Numbered from the stretch's first letter, positions 52,984 through 63,442 are shown. The stretch: DNA of 64,000 nt from an uncultured Cytophagales bacterium (GCA_963835365.1 CAWIFH010000013.1:73707-137706); one strand, 5' to 3'. Notes: generated by a model not told the origin, from the letters alone. Numbers and translations are program-made.

Positions 52984-54757
52984 GCGTTCCGGCTTTGGTG
53001 GGGTTGTAGAAAAATTTTTGCATATCCCAGGCAGCAGTGGGGCAGCGTTCGGCGCAGAGGCCGCAGTGCAGGCAAACATCCTCATCTTTTACCATTACCC
53101 GCCCGGTAGTCAGCGGGGCCGACACCAGCAGGTCCTGTTGCAGGTTTTCGGCCGGCACCAGCAGCCGCTGCCGCAGTTCCTCCTCGGGGGCATTGGGAGT
53201 AAAAGTAATGCAGGAAGTAGGGCAAACGTCCATGCAGGCATCGCATTCAATGCAACGGTTTTCGCTGAAAACGGTTTGCACATCACAGTTCAGGCAACGC
53301 TGTGCTTCCTTAAATGCGGTGGTGGCATCGAAACCCAGCTCTACCTCCTGCTTAATATTTTGAAGCGTAAGCGATTTGGTAGCCTGCGGAACAATGAACC
53401 GCTGGTCCGGCGCCACCGCGCTGTCATAGCTCCATTCATGAATGCCCATTTTCTGGCTGAGCAGGTTGTTGATGGGATCAGGACGCTCCAGCAGGGATTT
53501 GCCCTGGCAGAAAAGGTCGATGGAAATGGCTGCCTGGTGGCCATGGGCTACCGCCGTAATGATGTTTTCGGGGCCGAAGGCAGCATCGCCTCCAAAAAAT
53601 ACCCTGGAGAGGGTCGACTGGAAGGTGACTTTGTCTATAAGGGGCATGTGCCACTGGTCAAAAGCCAGGCCCAAATCCCGTTCTATCCAGGGAAAGCTGT
53701 TTTCCTGGCCAATGGCCAGTAATACCTCATCGGCTTCAATAAAAACATCGGGCTCGCCGGTGGGGAGCAGCTGGCGCTTCCCCTTAGCATCATATACAGC
53801 TTTTACTTTTTCAAATTTCATGCCTATGAGCCTGCCCGCTTTTACTTCAAAGCTCAGGGGCACGTGGTTGTCGAAAATCTCTATATCTTCATGCAAGGCA
53901 TCTTCTTTTTCCCAGGGCGATGCCTTCATGCTGGCAAAGGGGCTGCGTACCACCACCTTTACTGCTTCGCCTCCCAGGCGGCGGGCGGTGCGGCAGCAGT
54001 CCATGGCCGTATTGCCGCCGCCGAGTACAATTACCTTTTTGCCGATGGAGTGAATATGTTCAAAGGCGACGGAGGCCAGCCATTCAATGCCTACATGAAT
54101 AAAGGCAGCGCCTTCCTGCCTTCCGGCCAGCTGGGGCAGGTCCCGGCCCCGTGGAGCGCCGGTGCCTATAAAGACCGCATCATAACCCATTTCCAGTACT
54201 TCCTTCAGACTGCTAACATAATGCATAAAATGGGTATGAATGCCCATATCTAGGATGTAATCCACTTCCTCCCTGAGCACGCTTTCGGGCAGGCGAAAGG
54301 CAGGGATCTGGCTGCGCATCATGCCGCCGCCCAGAATTTGCTCGTCGTAAAGATGAATGGTATAGCCCAGGGGAGCCAGGTCGCGCGCAACCGTCAGGGA
54401 GGCAGGCCCTGCGCCAACAAGGGCAATTTTTTTTCCGTTGGAGACAAAGGGGGCCTGGGGCATTAGCGACCGTACCTCGCCTTTCTGGTCGGCAGCCACC
54501 CGCTTGAGCCGGCAGATAGCCACAGGCTCTTCTTCTACCCGCACCCGCCTGCAGGCAGGCTCGCAGGGGCGGTCGCAGGTGCGGCCCAGTATGCCGGGGA
54601 ACACGTTCGACTCCCAGTTGACCATATAGGCCTCGGTATATTTTTGGGCGGCAATCAGGCGAATATATTCCGGTACGGGCGTATGCGCAGGGCAGGCAAA
54701 CTGGCAGTCGACCACTTTGTGGTAATATTCAGGATTGTGGGTGTTGGTAGGTTCCAT
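52958..54757 (-). CDS. GltD/SudA-like FAD/NAD(P) oxidoreductase with a C-terminal 2x[4Fe-4S] domain
   Basis: CQFACPAH, CDRPCEPAC, GAGPAS, GGGNTAMD, CIECDACMDVCP, CLHCGLCAERCP. Confidence 0.93.
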   Translation of the reverse strand: MEPTNTHNPEYYHKVVDCQFACPAHTPVPEYIRLIAAQKYTEAYMVNWESNVFPGILGRTCDRPCEPACRRVRVEEEPVAICRLKRVAADQKGEVRSLMPQAPFVSNGKKIALVGAGPASLTVARDLAPLGYTIHLYDEQILGGGMMRSQIPAFRLPESVLREEVDYILDMGIHTHFMHYVSSLKEVLEMGYDAVFIGTGAPRGRDLPQLAGRQEGAAFIHVGIEWLASVAFEHIHSIGKKVIVLGGGNTAMDCCRTARRLGGEAVKVVVRSPFASMKASPWEKEDALHEDIEIFDNHVPLSFEVKAGRLIGMKFEKVKAVYDAKGKRQLLPTGEPDVFIEADEVLLAIGQENSFPWIERDLGLAFDQWHMPLIDKVTFQSTLSRVFFGGDAAFGPENIITAVAHGHQAAISIDLFCQGKSLLERPDPINNLLSQKMGIHEWSYDSAVAPDQRFIVPQATKSLTLQNIKQEVELGFDATTAFKEAQRCLNCDVQTVFSENRCIECDACMDVCPTSCITFTPNAPEEELRQRLLVPAENLQQDLLVSAPLTTGRVMVKDEDVCLHCGLCAERCPTAAWDMQKFFYNPTKAGTHESSSTTH

Positions 54758-55006
54758 GGGGCAGCTGAAAAAGTTGAAATACAGACGGTGCTTATGGTTT
54801 CCCGGAGATAGTATTTATTACTATATAAATTAAATAAAGCCGCTCATAATTCCTATTGCCTGAAGGAATATCTTAAAAGCGGAAACAGCCAGCCTGCAAG
54901 CTGCTCCGGCTGGAACGGCTCTGCCTGACCAGGGGGGGCTATTTTCACTCTTTATTTTTACCGCTCAAAGGCTTTTGCTTTGGCGGATGAAATGTAAGCC
55001 TTGTTC

Positions 55007-55069
55007 ATGAATGTTTTCAGATAAGATGATGTGGATCATGGGTTATAGGTAACCAGCCTGTTATATTAT
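55007..55069 (+). promoter_or_regulatory. Regulon A-type box upstream of the T9SS gene
   Basis: ATGAatgtttTCAG 55007; perfect ATGAtgtggaTCAT 55026-55039; weak TATATTAT ends 55069. Confidence 0.5.
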
Positions 55070-55112
55070 GTGTAATTGTTGGCGCCTTCGCTTTAACCCT
55101 ATTTTTTATGCC

Positions 55113-58100
55113 ATGGAAAAGAATTTTTACTGTCGTTTAAGCCACTTTTTCCTGCTAAAGATTGCCTTTTTTCTGCTCTTTAGCCTGGCTGGCTTGTCTA
55201 ATGCTTTTGCCCAGTTAAGCGGCACCTATACCATTGGTGGGGCCGATGTCAGGATATCAGGTCATGCCGGGTTTTCTACCTTTAGTGCTGCTTTAGGCGC
55301 CCTGGAAAAACAGGGAATCAGCGGACCGGTAACTTTTAAAGTCAGTGCCGGCACCTATGAAGAACAAATCAATATAAGCCTGCCGCCGGGTTCGGGGGGG
55401 CACACCCTCACCATTGAGGGGGATGCTTCGGATAGGAGCAGGGTCATTCTGCAGGCCCCGGGCCCGGAAAGTGAATACACCCTGCGGATAAGGCAGGGAA
55501 CAGAAGGTGTCCGCCTCAAAAACTTGACCATTAAAGGAAGCCGGGAGCTGGTGGTGGTAGAAGGAGGTACGGCCGGCTTTATTATGGAAAACAACCTGCT
55601 GATAGGGGAAAAGGGTGCCCTGGTAAGTGCCCGCTCGCAAAGCCGGCAAAGGGCCAGCCACCAACACCAGTACCTGAATAATATTTTTGTGGGTGGAAGT
55701 ACAGGGCTGCTTAAAATCAGGGAATCAGATGCTTATGCTGCAGCTGTGCAGGAGGAAGGTTTGCTGGTAATCGGGAATGAATTCAGGGGGCAAAGCAGCG
55801 CAGGCATTTCCATAACTAACCAGACAGGCTATACAATAAAAGATAATACGATATCCGCAGGCTCCATTGGTTTATTTGCTGAAGCCAGCCCAAATGGCAA
55901 GGAGGTAATTGGGAACATCATTGTGGTGGAAGAAGGAGAATTTGCCCTGTATTTTTCGGGAGGTGTTCCTGAAATTATTATGAATAACCAAATATTTATA
56001 AGTATTTATGAATACGGTGGAGTGGCCCTTTATGTAGAGGGGAGCTACGAAAGCTCTGATGAAAAGATGCTGATAGCCAACAACCTGATAAAAGTATCTT
56101 ATAAGCACCTTTTTAATGATTTTAGTTGGGGAGGAATGTTACTCAATTCTGTGAATGCAGACATCTATCATAATTCCATTCAGCTGGCGCCTGCCTATAA
56201 CACAAAAGGCTATGTGGGCGGCTGGTCGGGCGGAACCTTCCGGGTATTCAATAATAACTTTGCTAATCTTTCAGGGGCCAATGTGGTAAGCGCTAATGCA
56301 ACAGAAATGGATTACAATAACCTCTACAGCCCTGGCTTTGATTTGGCTGCATGGCAGGCCCAGACAGGTTTTGATGATCATTCTATTTCCGTACGGCCGA
56401 ATGGACATACGCTCCACCCGGCACTGGCCGCAGCCGGAACTTACCTGGAAGCGGTGCCTGCTGATTTGCATGGGATTCCCCGCCCCAATCCACCCAGCAT
56501 TGGGGCTATTGAGCTGGATAAAAGGAGCCAGTATACGATTGGGGGTGAAGACGGTGATTTTGCCAGCTTTACAGAGGCGCTGCAGTTCCTGGAGTTTAAT
56601 TATGGTGTGGACAGTATCTTATTCAAGGTGAGCCCGGGCACTTACAGGGAACAGCTGACGCTTACCAAAAACAACTTTCCGCATATTACTTTCGAAGGGG
56701 CAGGTGGGGATAGTACGGAAGTGGTACTGGAATACCCCGAGGGCTATGCCCTCCGGATTAGCAGCGCCAGCAATTATACCTTCCGGTACATGACCATTAA
56801 AGGGAAAGGGGCTGTTTTTATCGAGGCCATCAACGACCAGCCTGCAAACGACCTAAGTTTTGAAAACAACCTCCTGGAATCTACCGGCGAGCTTGCAGCT
56901 GTTGCAACCCACTCCACTGCCAAAGAAGGTAACAGCCACGCTTCCGTCAACATGCTGGCCTTAAACAACAACCTGATTAGGGGTAAAGGCTGGGGATTAT
57001 ATAAAGAAGGCAGCCTTATTCATTTCACTTCCCACAACGTACGCCAATTATCTGATGCGGGATTGGCGCTAAGTGGTAACCAGATTATTGCTGACATTGG
57101 AGGAATTTTTGTTTCCAATACAAAAGGCATTAAACTGGAAAATAACCAGCTGCTGGTAGGAGGGGCTGTTGCTTCTGTTAGTCCCAAAGGGATTCATCTA
57201 TTCAGTATAGTTGATTTAAAGAAAGTCAATGGCAATGAGGTGGAAGTAAGAGGAGAGCGGGCCAGTGGATTAGAAATTTATGGAGGAGCTACTTCTTATT
57301 TAGGTCCAGCTGCTCCTGAACAATTTACCCATAACCGCATCCTGCTTCCGCAAGGAGGAACAGGGGTTGCTTTCGAATTTATTTCCAGCGGGAATAATGA
57401 TTTAATAGCCAATAATATGGTTTCTGTAAAAGGAGATAAAGGCAGTGTGGGGTTCCTAATGAGGGAATTTGAATTTAAGGGAGATTTCGTCTTTAATAGT
57501 ATACATGTTTATGGGGAGGATGCGCAAAGCAAAGCCTTCAGCTTTGGGGCCTGGGACAATCAGCTTCATCTGACCAATAACATTTTTGCTAATTCCGCAG
57601 ATGGCCTGGCTGTTCATGGGTTGGATATTGGCAGCTCAGAAGTTCCCTTTTTTACCTCCTCCGATTTCAACAACCTCTACGCCAGTGGAGATACGCTGGT
57701 AGATTGGAATGGAAGTATAGCAACTAATTTAGTCGAATGGCAGGCCCTTTCCGGTCTGGATAGGCATTCGGTTTCTGTAGTCCCGCAGTTTGTTTCCAAT
57801 GAAGAACTGGTACCTGCCAACAGCCTTCTGGACGGAGCAGGCATAGCTGTGGAAGCAGTACCTACAGATTTCTACGGCCGGCCCAGAAGTACGCCTCCAG
57901 ATATAGGAGCGGTGGAGTTTGAGCCTGAAGGTACTCCTCAGCCCGATCCTACGGCTGGATTTGTAACCGGGGGCGGCTGGTTCTATTCTCCTGCCGGTGC
58001 CCTAGCTTCGCAGCCATTCATGGCAGGAAGGGCTGTTTTTATTTTCCGGGCCAGGCAGCAGGCAGGAGAAGCGCAGCCTACAGGCTTTGCCATGCTCTAT

Positions 58101-58697
58101 ATTCCGGAGGCACACTTCCGCTTTTCGTCCTATTATGCCTGGGAATGGCTGGCTGTAGATGAGCACTCTGCTATTTTGCAGGGCAGAGGAGAACTTAACC
58201 GGGAGGAAGGTTACCAGTTCCTGCTTTCTGTGGTGGACAATGGCAGCGGTTTGCGTACACCGGAAGATACCTATCGCATCCTTATCCGGAACAGCCAGGG
58301 CGTGGTGGTATATGATAATCAGGCAGGGCTGGAAAAGTACGGCCAGGCAACCATGGCGATAGGGGGAGGAAACATCCTTATCAGGGAAGAAAAAGAAGCA
58401 GGCAGGAGCGGCCTGGCTTTGGAAAGTCCGGCCTCCATGGAAGACCTTAAAGCGTACCCTACCCAGCTGGAGAATGAAGGGCTGAAGCTGGCGGTTCCTG
58501 CCATGGAAGGGGTAGAACGCCTGCAGCTCCGGGTGCTGGATATGCAGGGGAGGCAGGTGGCGGAAACCACCCTTTCCATCCATGGCATGGCCGGCAACTA
58601 TCACTGGCCGCTGACCAGCCAAAGCTGGCCGAAGGGCATCTACCTCCTCGTTGTGGAGGCAGAAGGGAAGCGATTCCGGCAAAAGCTGGTAAAGTAA
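55113..58697 (+). CDS. T9SS-secreted protein with two parallel beta-helix modules
   Basis: Signal peptide; YTIGG..F..F..AL..L...FKVS.GTY.EQ module x2, each ending P.IGA.E; TGGGW domain; CTD YP..LDMQGRQV..KGIYLL..QKLVK. Confidence 0.9.
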   Translation: MEKNFYCRLSHFFLLKIAFFLLFSLAGLSNAFAQLSGTYTIGGADVRISGHAGFSTFSAALGALEKQGISGPVTFKVSAGTYEEQINISLPPGSGGHTLTIEGDASDRSRVILQAPGPESEYTLRIRQGTEGVRLKNLTIKGSRELVVVEGGTAGFIMENNLLIGEKGALVSARSQSRQRASHQHQYLNNIFVGGSTGLLKIRESDAYAAAVQEEGLLVIGNEFRGQSSAGISITNQTGYTIKDNTISAGSIGLFAEASPNGKEVIGNIIVVEEGEFALYFSGGVPEIIMNNQIFISIYEYGGVALYVEGSYESSDEKMLIANNLIKVSYKHLFNDFSWGGMLLNSVNADIYHNSIQLAPAYNTKGYVGGWSGGTFRVFNNNFANLSGANVVSANATEMDYNNLYSPGFDLAAWQAQTGFDDHSISVRPNGHTLHPALAAAGTYLEAVPADLHGIPRPNPPSIGAIELDKRSQYTIGGEDGDFASFTEALQFLEFNYGVDSILFKVSPGTYREQLTLTKNNFPHITFEGAGGDSTEVVLEYPEGYALRISSASNYTFRYMTIKGKGAVFIEAINDQPANDLSFENNLLESTGELAAVATHSTAKEGNSHASVNMLALNNNLIRGKGWGLYKEGSLIHFTSHNVRQLSDAGLALSGNQIIADIGGIFVSNTKGIKLENNQLLVGGAVASVSPKGIHLFSIVDLKKVNGNEVEVRGERASGLEIYGGATSYLGPAAPEQFTHNRILLPQGGTGVAFEFISSGNNDLIANNMVSVKGDKGSVGFLMREFEFKGDFVFNSIHVYGEDAQSKAFSFGAWDNQLHLTNNIFANSADGLAVHGLDIGSSEVPFFTSSDFNNLYASGDTLVDWNGSIATNLVEWQALSGLDRHSVSVVPQFVSNEELVPANSLLDGAGIAVEAVPTDFYGRPRSTPPDIGAVEFEPEGTPQPDPTAGFVTGGGWFYSPAGALASQPFMAGRAVFIFRARQQAGEAQPTGFAMLYIPEAHFRFSSYYAWEWLAVDEHSAILQGRGELNREEGYQFLLSVVDNGSGLRTPEDTYRILIRNSQGVVVYDNQAGLEKYGQATMAIGGGNILIREEKEAGRSGLALESPASMEDLKAYPTQLENEGLKLAVPAMEGVERLQLRVLDMQGRQVAETTLSIHGMAGNYHWPLTSQSWPKGIYLLVVEAEGKRFRQKLVK

Positions 58698-58702
58698 GCA
58701 GG

Positions 58703-58738
58703 AAAAAGCCCTTTCTGAAAAACCGGAAAGGACTTTTT
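58703..58738 (+). terminator. Intrinsic terminator
   Basis: AAAAAGCCCTTTCTG...CCGGAAAGGACTTTTT just after the stop. Confidence 0.7.
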
Positions 58739-59543
58739 GTGTATGAAGCAGTTTTTTACCTGACAAGGGCATACTATCAGACAATTATAGCCTGCTTGCT
58801 CCTGAAGACAGGTAATTTGGTGACCAGACTATCTATTAAATAAGCCAGGAAAGTCTCCATGTTAAAGCAGAAGGAAGCGGGTTTATCCAGGCCTAATCTA
58901 AATACCGAGCAGGCTTTAGTCTGCAACCCAATTTTATATTTATTTACCGGCACTTTCTTGTAGTCTTTCAGTCCTTCACAAACGGATAGTGTATAGACAA
59001 TTACTACTACAGCCATCATCAACCTGCTTCTGTTTTCGCCATCCAGGTTTATTTCTTCCAGCTTAAATCCATTGCTCTTTAGGTGCTTAAATCGGACCAC
59101 CGACGCGGCAGGTTTCTTTAGAAAGGAAAACCACTCTTCACCAATGTATCGCCGGGCGACCCCGTCTCTGTCAGCAATCAATATCTTTCCTTGAAAGTTA
59201 TAATGCTTCATCGCTTTTCCAAATAGCTGCTTTCGCTCTTCTATGCTGCTGGTGCCCTTCTTTTGCTGGTCTTGCCAATAAATAGGAATGGCTATCCCTG
59301 ATACACCACACATAAGGTAAGAAAATGAAACTGCCTGCCTCCTTTCTCCCAACTGGTGCCGTCTAAAAGCAGGTAATCACTCTTTAGCCCTAACAAGCGA
59401 AAGACAAATTGCAGCAACTCGATCCATAAGTTGCCGTAGGAAAAGTCATCGAAGATACGGATCAGCCGCTTGTAATGTGAGTTTGGCTGCGTATTGGTTT
59501 TACCAGTAATAGAACCGACAGCTCCTTTGATCTTATTCAGACA

Positions 59544-59732
59544 TAAGTAGTGGGACAAATTTAATTTAAGCTTAATAGCCAGCCTTGTCATCCTGAGGAA
59601 CGAAGCGGTCCGCCGCTGCGGGATCTTTTCCTGCATGAAGCTCATTAAGAGCCATCTTATTGGAAAGATCCCTCCTGCGTTGGGATGACAATGAAAACTT
59701 TTTTCTTCAAAATAATTCTGTCCCACTACTTA
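59544..59732. mobile_element. MITE with about 24-bp TIRs inserted in the transposase
   Basis: TAAGTAGTGGGACAAATTTAATTT vs reverse-complemented right end TAAGTAGTGGGACAGAATTATTTT; transposase text resumes on both sides. Confidence 0.75.
59585..59691. repeat. REP-like inverted-repeat element inside the MITE
   Basis: TTGTCATCCTGAGGAACGAAG..GGATCTTT / AAAGATCCCTCCTGCGTTGGGATGACAA. Confidence 0.75.
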
Positions 59733-59982
59733 GTTTATTTTAATAGAATGCACTGAACTAATATCAGGATATTTTTAACACACGTTTTATCTCTCTTCGG
59801 TAACTCTTTCGTAACATTAACTAACAGCGATTCTTCCATCTCCAACCTTGCTTGTGTGGTACCTTTCAAGGTTGATGGTTGAATCGCTGTTTTCATTCCA
59901 TTTTGCTACTTTGTCCAGTCGTATGGCCTAATCTACTAAAAGATAATAGGTGCCGACCATCTGCTTTGTCCCGGTTGAATGC

Positions 59983-60693
59983 CTATAATTTCTTAGCCTC
60001 CTCGTACATTTTTTTCAGGTCCTGATTATCCGGAAGTATCGCTATAGCTTTTTCGAGGGACTTCATGGCATTTACTTTGTCTTTCTTATTCATATACAAA
60101 TCTGCCAGGCCCCAGTAGCCTTCTAGGGAGTTGGGATATAGAGCAACGAAATCGTTGGCCAGTTTTATGCCATCATCATAGCGTTTCAAATCCCGTAGCA
60201 TTATGATGGCCGACAGCAGATGATTTTTTACGTTTACCTCGGTTTTTTCATGCATAAGCGGAGAACTAACCATGCTGGTCAATTTCCATTTTCCATCGAT
60301 TTTTCGCAGGTTCCGTGTTTCATATGACTTACTATCTCCCTCGGGAGTTTGCCAGTTCTGTACGTAAGTCACAAAGGCATAATCCCCATTCTGGTTAATG
60401 TTATAATCAGAATTGATCAGGTCAGCTTTGAGAGGCTCTGGGTTAGCTTCTATTTCTTTCTTCATTCTATGGCTTAAAGAATCCCAGTTATTATATTTCA
60501 TTCCGTTACTGGTTACCAGAAATAAAACATCTCCTTTCTGATGCCAGAAGCTGGCCCAGTCATCGTGGTTCCTGCTCATGTAGGCTTGGGTTTCCCCCCA
60601 AAGAGTTTCCTTGATGGCGGTTTCTGCTGCTGCTTGGGCAAAAAGGGTTATAGTGCCGAACAGCAAAAAGGCAGTGGTGAAAAAATTTTTCAT
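59983..60693 (-). CDS. Exported NTF2/SnoaL-like plus TPR protein
   Basis: Signal peptide; RNLRKIDGKWKL; TPR YWGLADLY..AMKSLEKAIAILPDN. Confidence 0.8.
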   Translation of the reverse strand: MKNFFTTAFLLFGTITLFAQAAAETAIKETLWGETQAYMSRNHDDWASFWHQKGDVLFLVTSNGMKYNNWDSLSHRMKKEIEANPEPLKADLINSDYNINQNGDYAFVTYVQNWQTPEGDSKSYETRNLRKIDGKWKLTSMVSSPLMHEKTEVNVKNHLLSAIIMLRDLKRYDDGIKLANDFVALYPNSLEGYWGLADLYMNKKDKVNAMKSLEKAIAILPDNQDLKKMYEEAKKL

Positions 60694-61028
60694 ATTGTTG
60701 ATTTAAAAAGTGAATATGTATTGTTGCTGAAAAAAAAGAGTTGCGGATTATTGGTGAATTAATCTGAATAAAGCAGTTCTCCCTAATAATTTTTAGCAAT
60801 GTTTACGCCTTAAAGTATTTAGTATTGCACCAGATTACCTGCCAAGCATTTTGGTAGGTATTAACAATTAGCCTATTAGGATCATGCCAACTGCGAAATA
60901 CGCAAAAAGCGAAGTAGCTGACAGCTATTTTTATTTCTGCTGACAATGCATTAACACTGCTTCTACAATTAAAAAAAGCCATTCTGAAGTGTCCTGACCT
61001 GGGTGAAGCCAGATAGGCAATCTGCTGA

Positions 61029-61721
61029 TCAGGTGTATACCATTTTTCCACCCATCAGATCAGCTAACATGACTTTGAAATTCTCCTTTTTATTGAGATG
61101 AGGAAAATTTTCAGTTGGTTCAGGCACTTTCAGAAAATCACATAAAGGTTTCCACCCCTCACTTACATCATAAATCAGTAGCTTTTCAGGTGGTACAAAG
61201 GCTATCACATCTGCTATATGCTGATTGAAAATTTTTTCTGCAAAGGCTTTTTCTTTGAAACGGCCCTGAAACTGCTTGCGCCACAAAGTCCTCTTAACAA
61301 ATTTTATGCATCTGATAACCTTCCTAAGCCGGGGGTTAAATAGCTGCCTAAACAACATCTTTATCTTCTCTGGTATATTCTGCGGACCTGCCGTCCATAC
61401 AGTTGAAAATGCACTGCTGTACCATTTCTCAAAAGGTCTGATGGTTAAAATTACCAGGGCATCAGGATACTGTTTCATGTGCTCCTTATAGAAAGGATAT
61501 CCGGGAAAATCTACTGTTGCCTGGTAGCCATCATATAATTTATTCCAATCGGTGGTGCCGGTTTTTTCAAGACTCAACCATAAAGAAAGCTTATCGGGGT
61601 CTACCAGTAATTCTTTCATATGATAACACTTGTTGAACCCCAGTAATTCAAGGGAATTCTTCAAGGAAGTGGTTCCGGTTCTTGGAAAACCAGCGCCAAT
61701 GATTTGGATTGTATTTTTCAT
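61029..61721 (-). CDS. Sulfotransferase family (P-loop) protein
   Basis: IIGAGFPRTGTTSLK, CYHM, VDFP, GWKPLCDFL, FPHLN. Confidence 0.92.
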   Translation of the reverse strand: MKNTIQIIGAGFPRTGTTSLKNSLELLGFNKCYHMKELLVDPDKLSLWLSLEKTGTTDWNKLYDGYQATVDFPGYPFYKEHMKQYPDALVILTIRPFEKWYSSAFSTVWTAGPQNIPEKIKMLFRQLFNPRLRKVIRCIKFVKRTLWRKQFQGRFKEKAFAEKIFNQHIADVIAFVPPEKLLIYDVSEGWKPLCDFLKVPEPTENFPHLNKKENFKVMLADLMGGKMVYT

Positions 61722-61867
61722 TATTTGAATATTTACATCATTATTCGAAGGGTTTAATGAGATGTTATTGTGCTGAAAATCAGCTAAATAAATATATAAA
61801 AAATAAAATTCAATTTAGTAATAATCCAATTATTTATTATGTAGCTTTATTTATAATATCTGGCAAA

Positions 61868-63442
61868 ATGAAAACGCTTAATTTTTTATTGATGCTCCTG
61901 CTCTCAACAGGAGTTCTTATTTCTTTCAATGGTAGAGCTGCCGCCCAGCAGGGGCCGCCGGTAAAAAAAGAAAGGAATATGTTTGGGCATTATATTCCCC
62001 GGGGATTATCAATTACCTCAGAGGGGCTTATGCCTGGGTACGTGATGTTTAATGTTCCAAACTCTGCTTCCATTTTTCTGATCAATCGTAAGGGTGAAGT
62101 GGTACACGAATGGAAAGGGAACTATGGAGCTATGGCTGTATCTCCTTATTTGATGGGGGATGGTTCAGTTATTCAAATGACAAAAGATCCGGATTTTCCC
62201 ATCTTTGCGGGTGGAGGAGAAAGTGGCCGGCTCCAAAAGATAAGCTGGAATGGTGAAATTCTTTGGGATTTTGAATATGCAAGTGAAGAATATCATGCTC
62301 ATCATGATCTGGCGGTGATGCCCAACGGTAATATTCTCGCCATTGCGTGGGAGGCAATCTCTGCAGCGGAAGCACTGCAAAAGGGTAGAAAGCCTGAATT
62401 GATTCCCAAAGCAGGTGTATGGCCCGATAAAATCGTAGAGATTGAACCACAGGGAAAAAACGGTGGTAAAGTTGTTTGGGAATGGCACATGTGGGACCAT
62501 TTAGTGCAGGATCATGATCCGGAAAAGGCTAATTTCGGCGATCCTGCAGAGCACCCTGAACTGCTTGATATTAATTTAGGCGAAGCATTACCGGCTCCCA
62601 TTTCACAGGATAGTTTGAACAAGCAGCATGCATTGGGCATGGCCTGGCGGAATCAGACGCTTGATAACCGGGGGTCTGATTTATTTCATACCAATGCCAT
62701 TAATTACAATGCAGAGCTCGATCAGATTGCTTTTAGCTCTCCTACGCTAAATGAGATTTTTATTGTAGATCATAGCACAACTTCCCTGGAAGCAGCTGGT
62801 CACAAAGGCGGTAAAAGAGGGAAGGGCGGTGATTTTTTATATAGATGGGGTAATCCGCAAAATTACAGACAAGGAGATTCTACTAGTCAGCAGTTATTTG
62901 GACAGCACGATATTCGCTGGATTGATAAAGGCTTGCCAGGCGCAGGTAATTTAACGCTATTCAATAACGATATTCCCGGCAGGCGCGATAGCTTGAATTA
63001 TTCAGCCATTCTTGAAATAATACCTTCAGTAGATAAAGAGGGTAATTACATGCTCATGGAGAATCAACGTTTTGGCCCCGAAGCTCCAGCCTGGCAATAC
63101 ATAGCACCCGATACTATATCATTCTTTGCAAGTTTTGTTTCAGGTGCTCATCGCATGCAGAACGGCAATACTTTTATCAATGAAGGTCCGAGAGGCAGAT
63201 TTATGGAGGTGACGCCAGCAGGAAAGACTGTATGGGAATATCTAAATCCCTATCGGGGAGATGCCAGGAAGCTTAATGGCGACCCAATTCCAGCCATGCC
63301 CATTACCTATATGTTATTTCGTTCTACATTTATCGCTGCAGATCATCCGGCACTTGCAGGCCGTAAATTAGTGCCACTAAACCCTCAGCCAAACCCTTTT
63401 AAACTGCCACCCAAACCAGCCAGAGCGACTGTAATAAAGTAG
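61868..63442 (+). CDS. Aryl-sulfate sulfotransferase (ASST) beta-propeller
   Basis: Signal peptide from ATG 61868; HHD, FHTNAI, RWGNP, GQHD, NGNTFINEG. Confidence 0.9.
   Translation: MKTLNFLLMLLLSTGVLISFNGRAAAQQGPPVKKERNMFGHYIPRGLSITSEGLMPGYVMFNVPNSASIFLINRKGEVVHEWKGNYGAMAVSPYLMGDGSVIQMTKDPDFPIFAGGGESGRLQKISWNGEILWDFEYASEEYHAHHDLAVMPNGNILAIAWEAISAAEALQKGRKPELIPKAGVWPDKIVEIEPQGKNGGKVVWEWHMWDHLVQDHDPEKANFGDPAEHPELLDINLGEALPAPISQDSLNKQHALGMAWRNQTLDNRGSDLFHTNAINYNAELDQIAFSSPTLNEIFIVDHSTTSLEAAGHKGGKRGKGGDFLYRWGNPQNYRQGDSTSQQLFGQHDIRWIDKGLPGAGNLTLFNNDIPGRRDSLNYSAILEIIPSVDKEGNYMLMENQRFGPEAPAWQYIAPDTISFFASFVSGAHRMQNGNTFINEGPRGRFMEVTPAGKTVWEYLNPYRGDARKLNGDPIPAMPITYMLFRSTFIAADHPALAGRKLVPLNPQPNPFKLPPKPARATVIK

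Larger units (their letters stand above)
58770..59925 (-). mobile_element. Decayed IS4-family element
   Basis: TIRs CATACTATCAGACAA (58770) and, reverse-complemented, CATACGACTGGACAA (59911-59925); transposase remnants from ATG 59839: LLLDGTSW, ADR(E)YIG, (ETC)FKHLKSNGF. Confidence 0.85.

Noticed and set aside
52984-53085. Extended N-terminus of the alpha subunit (likewise upstream extensions at 4522, 32237, 55068, 61709)
   Set aside because: Overlap with other genes or promoters; downstream starts fit the family N-termini
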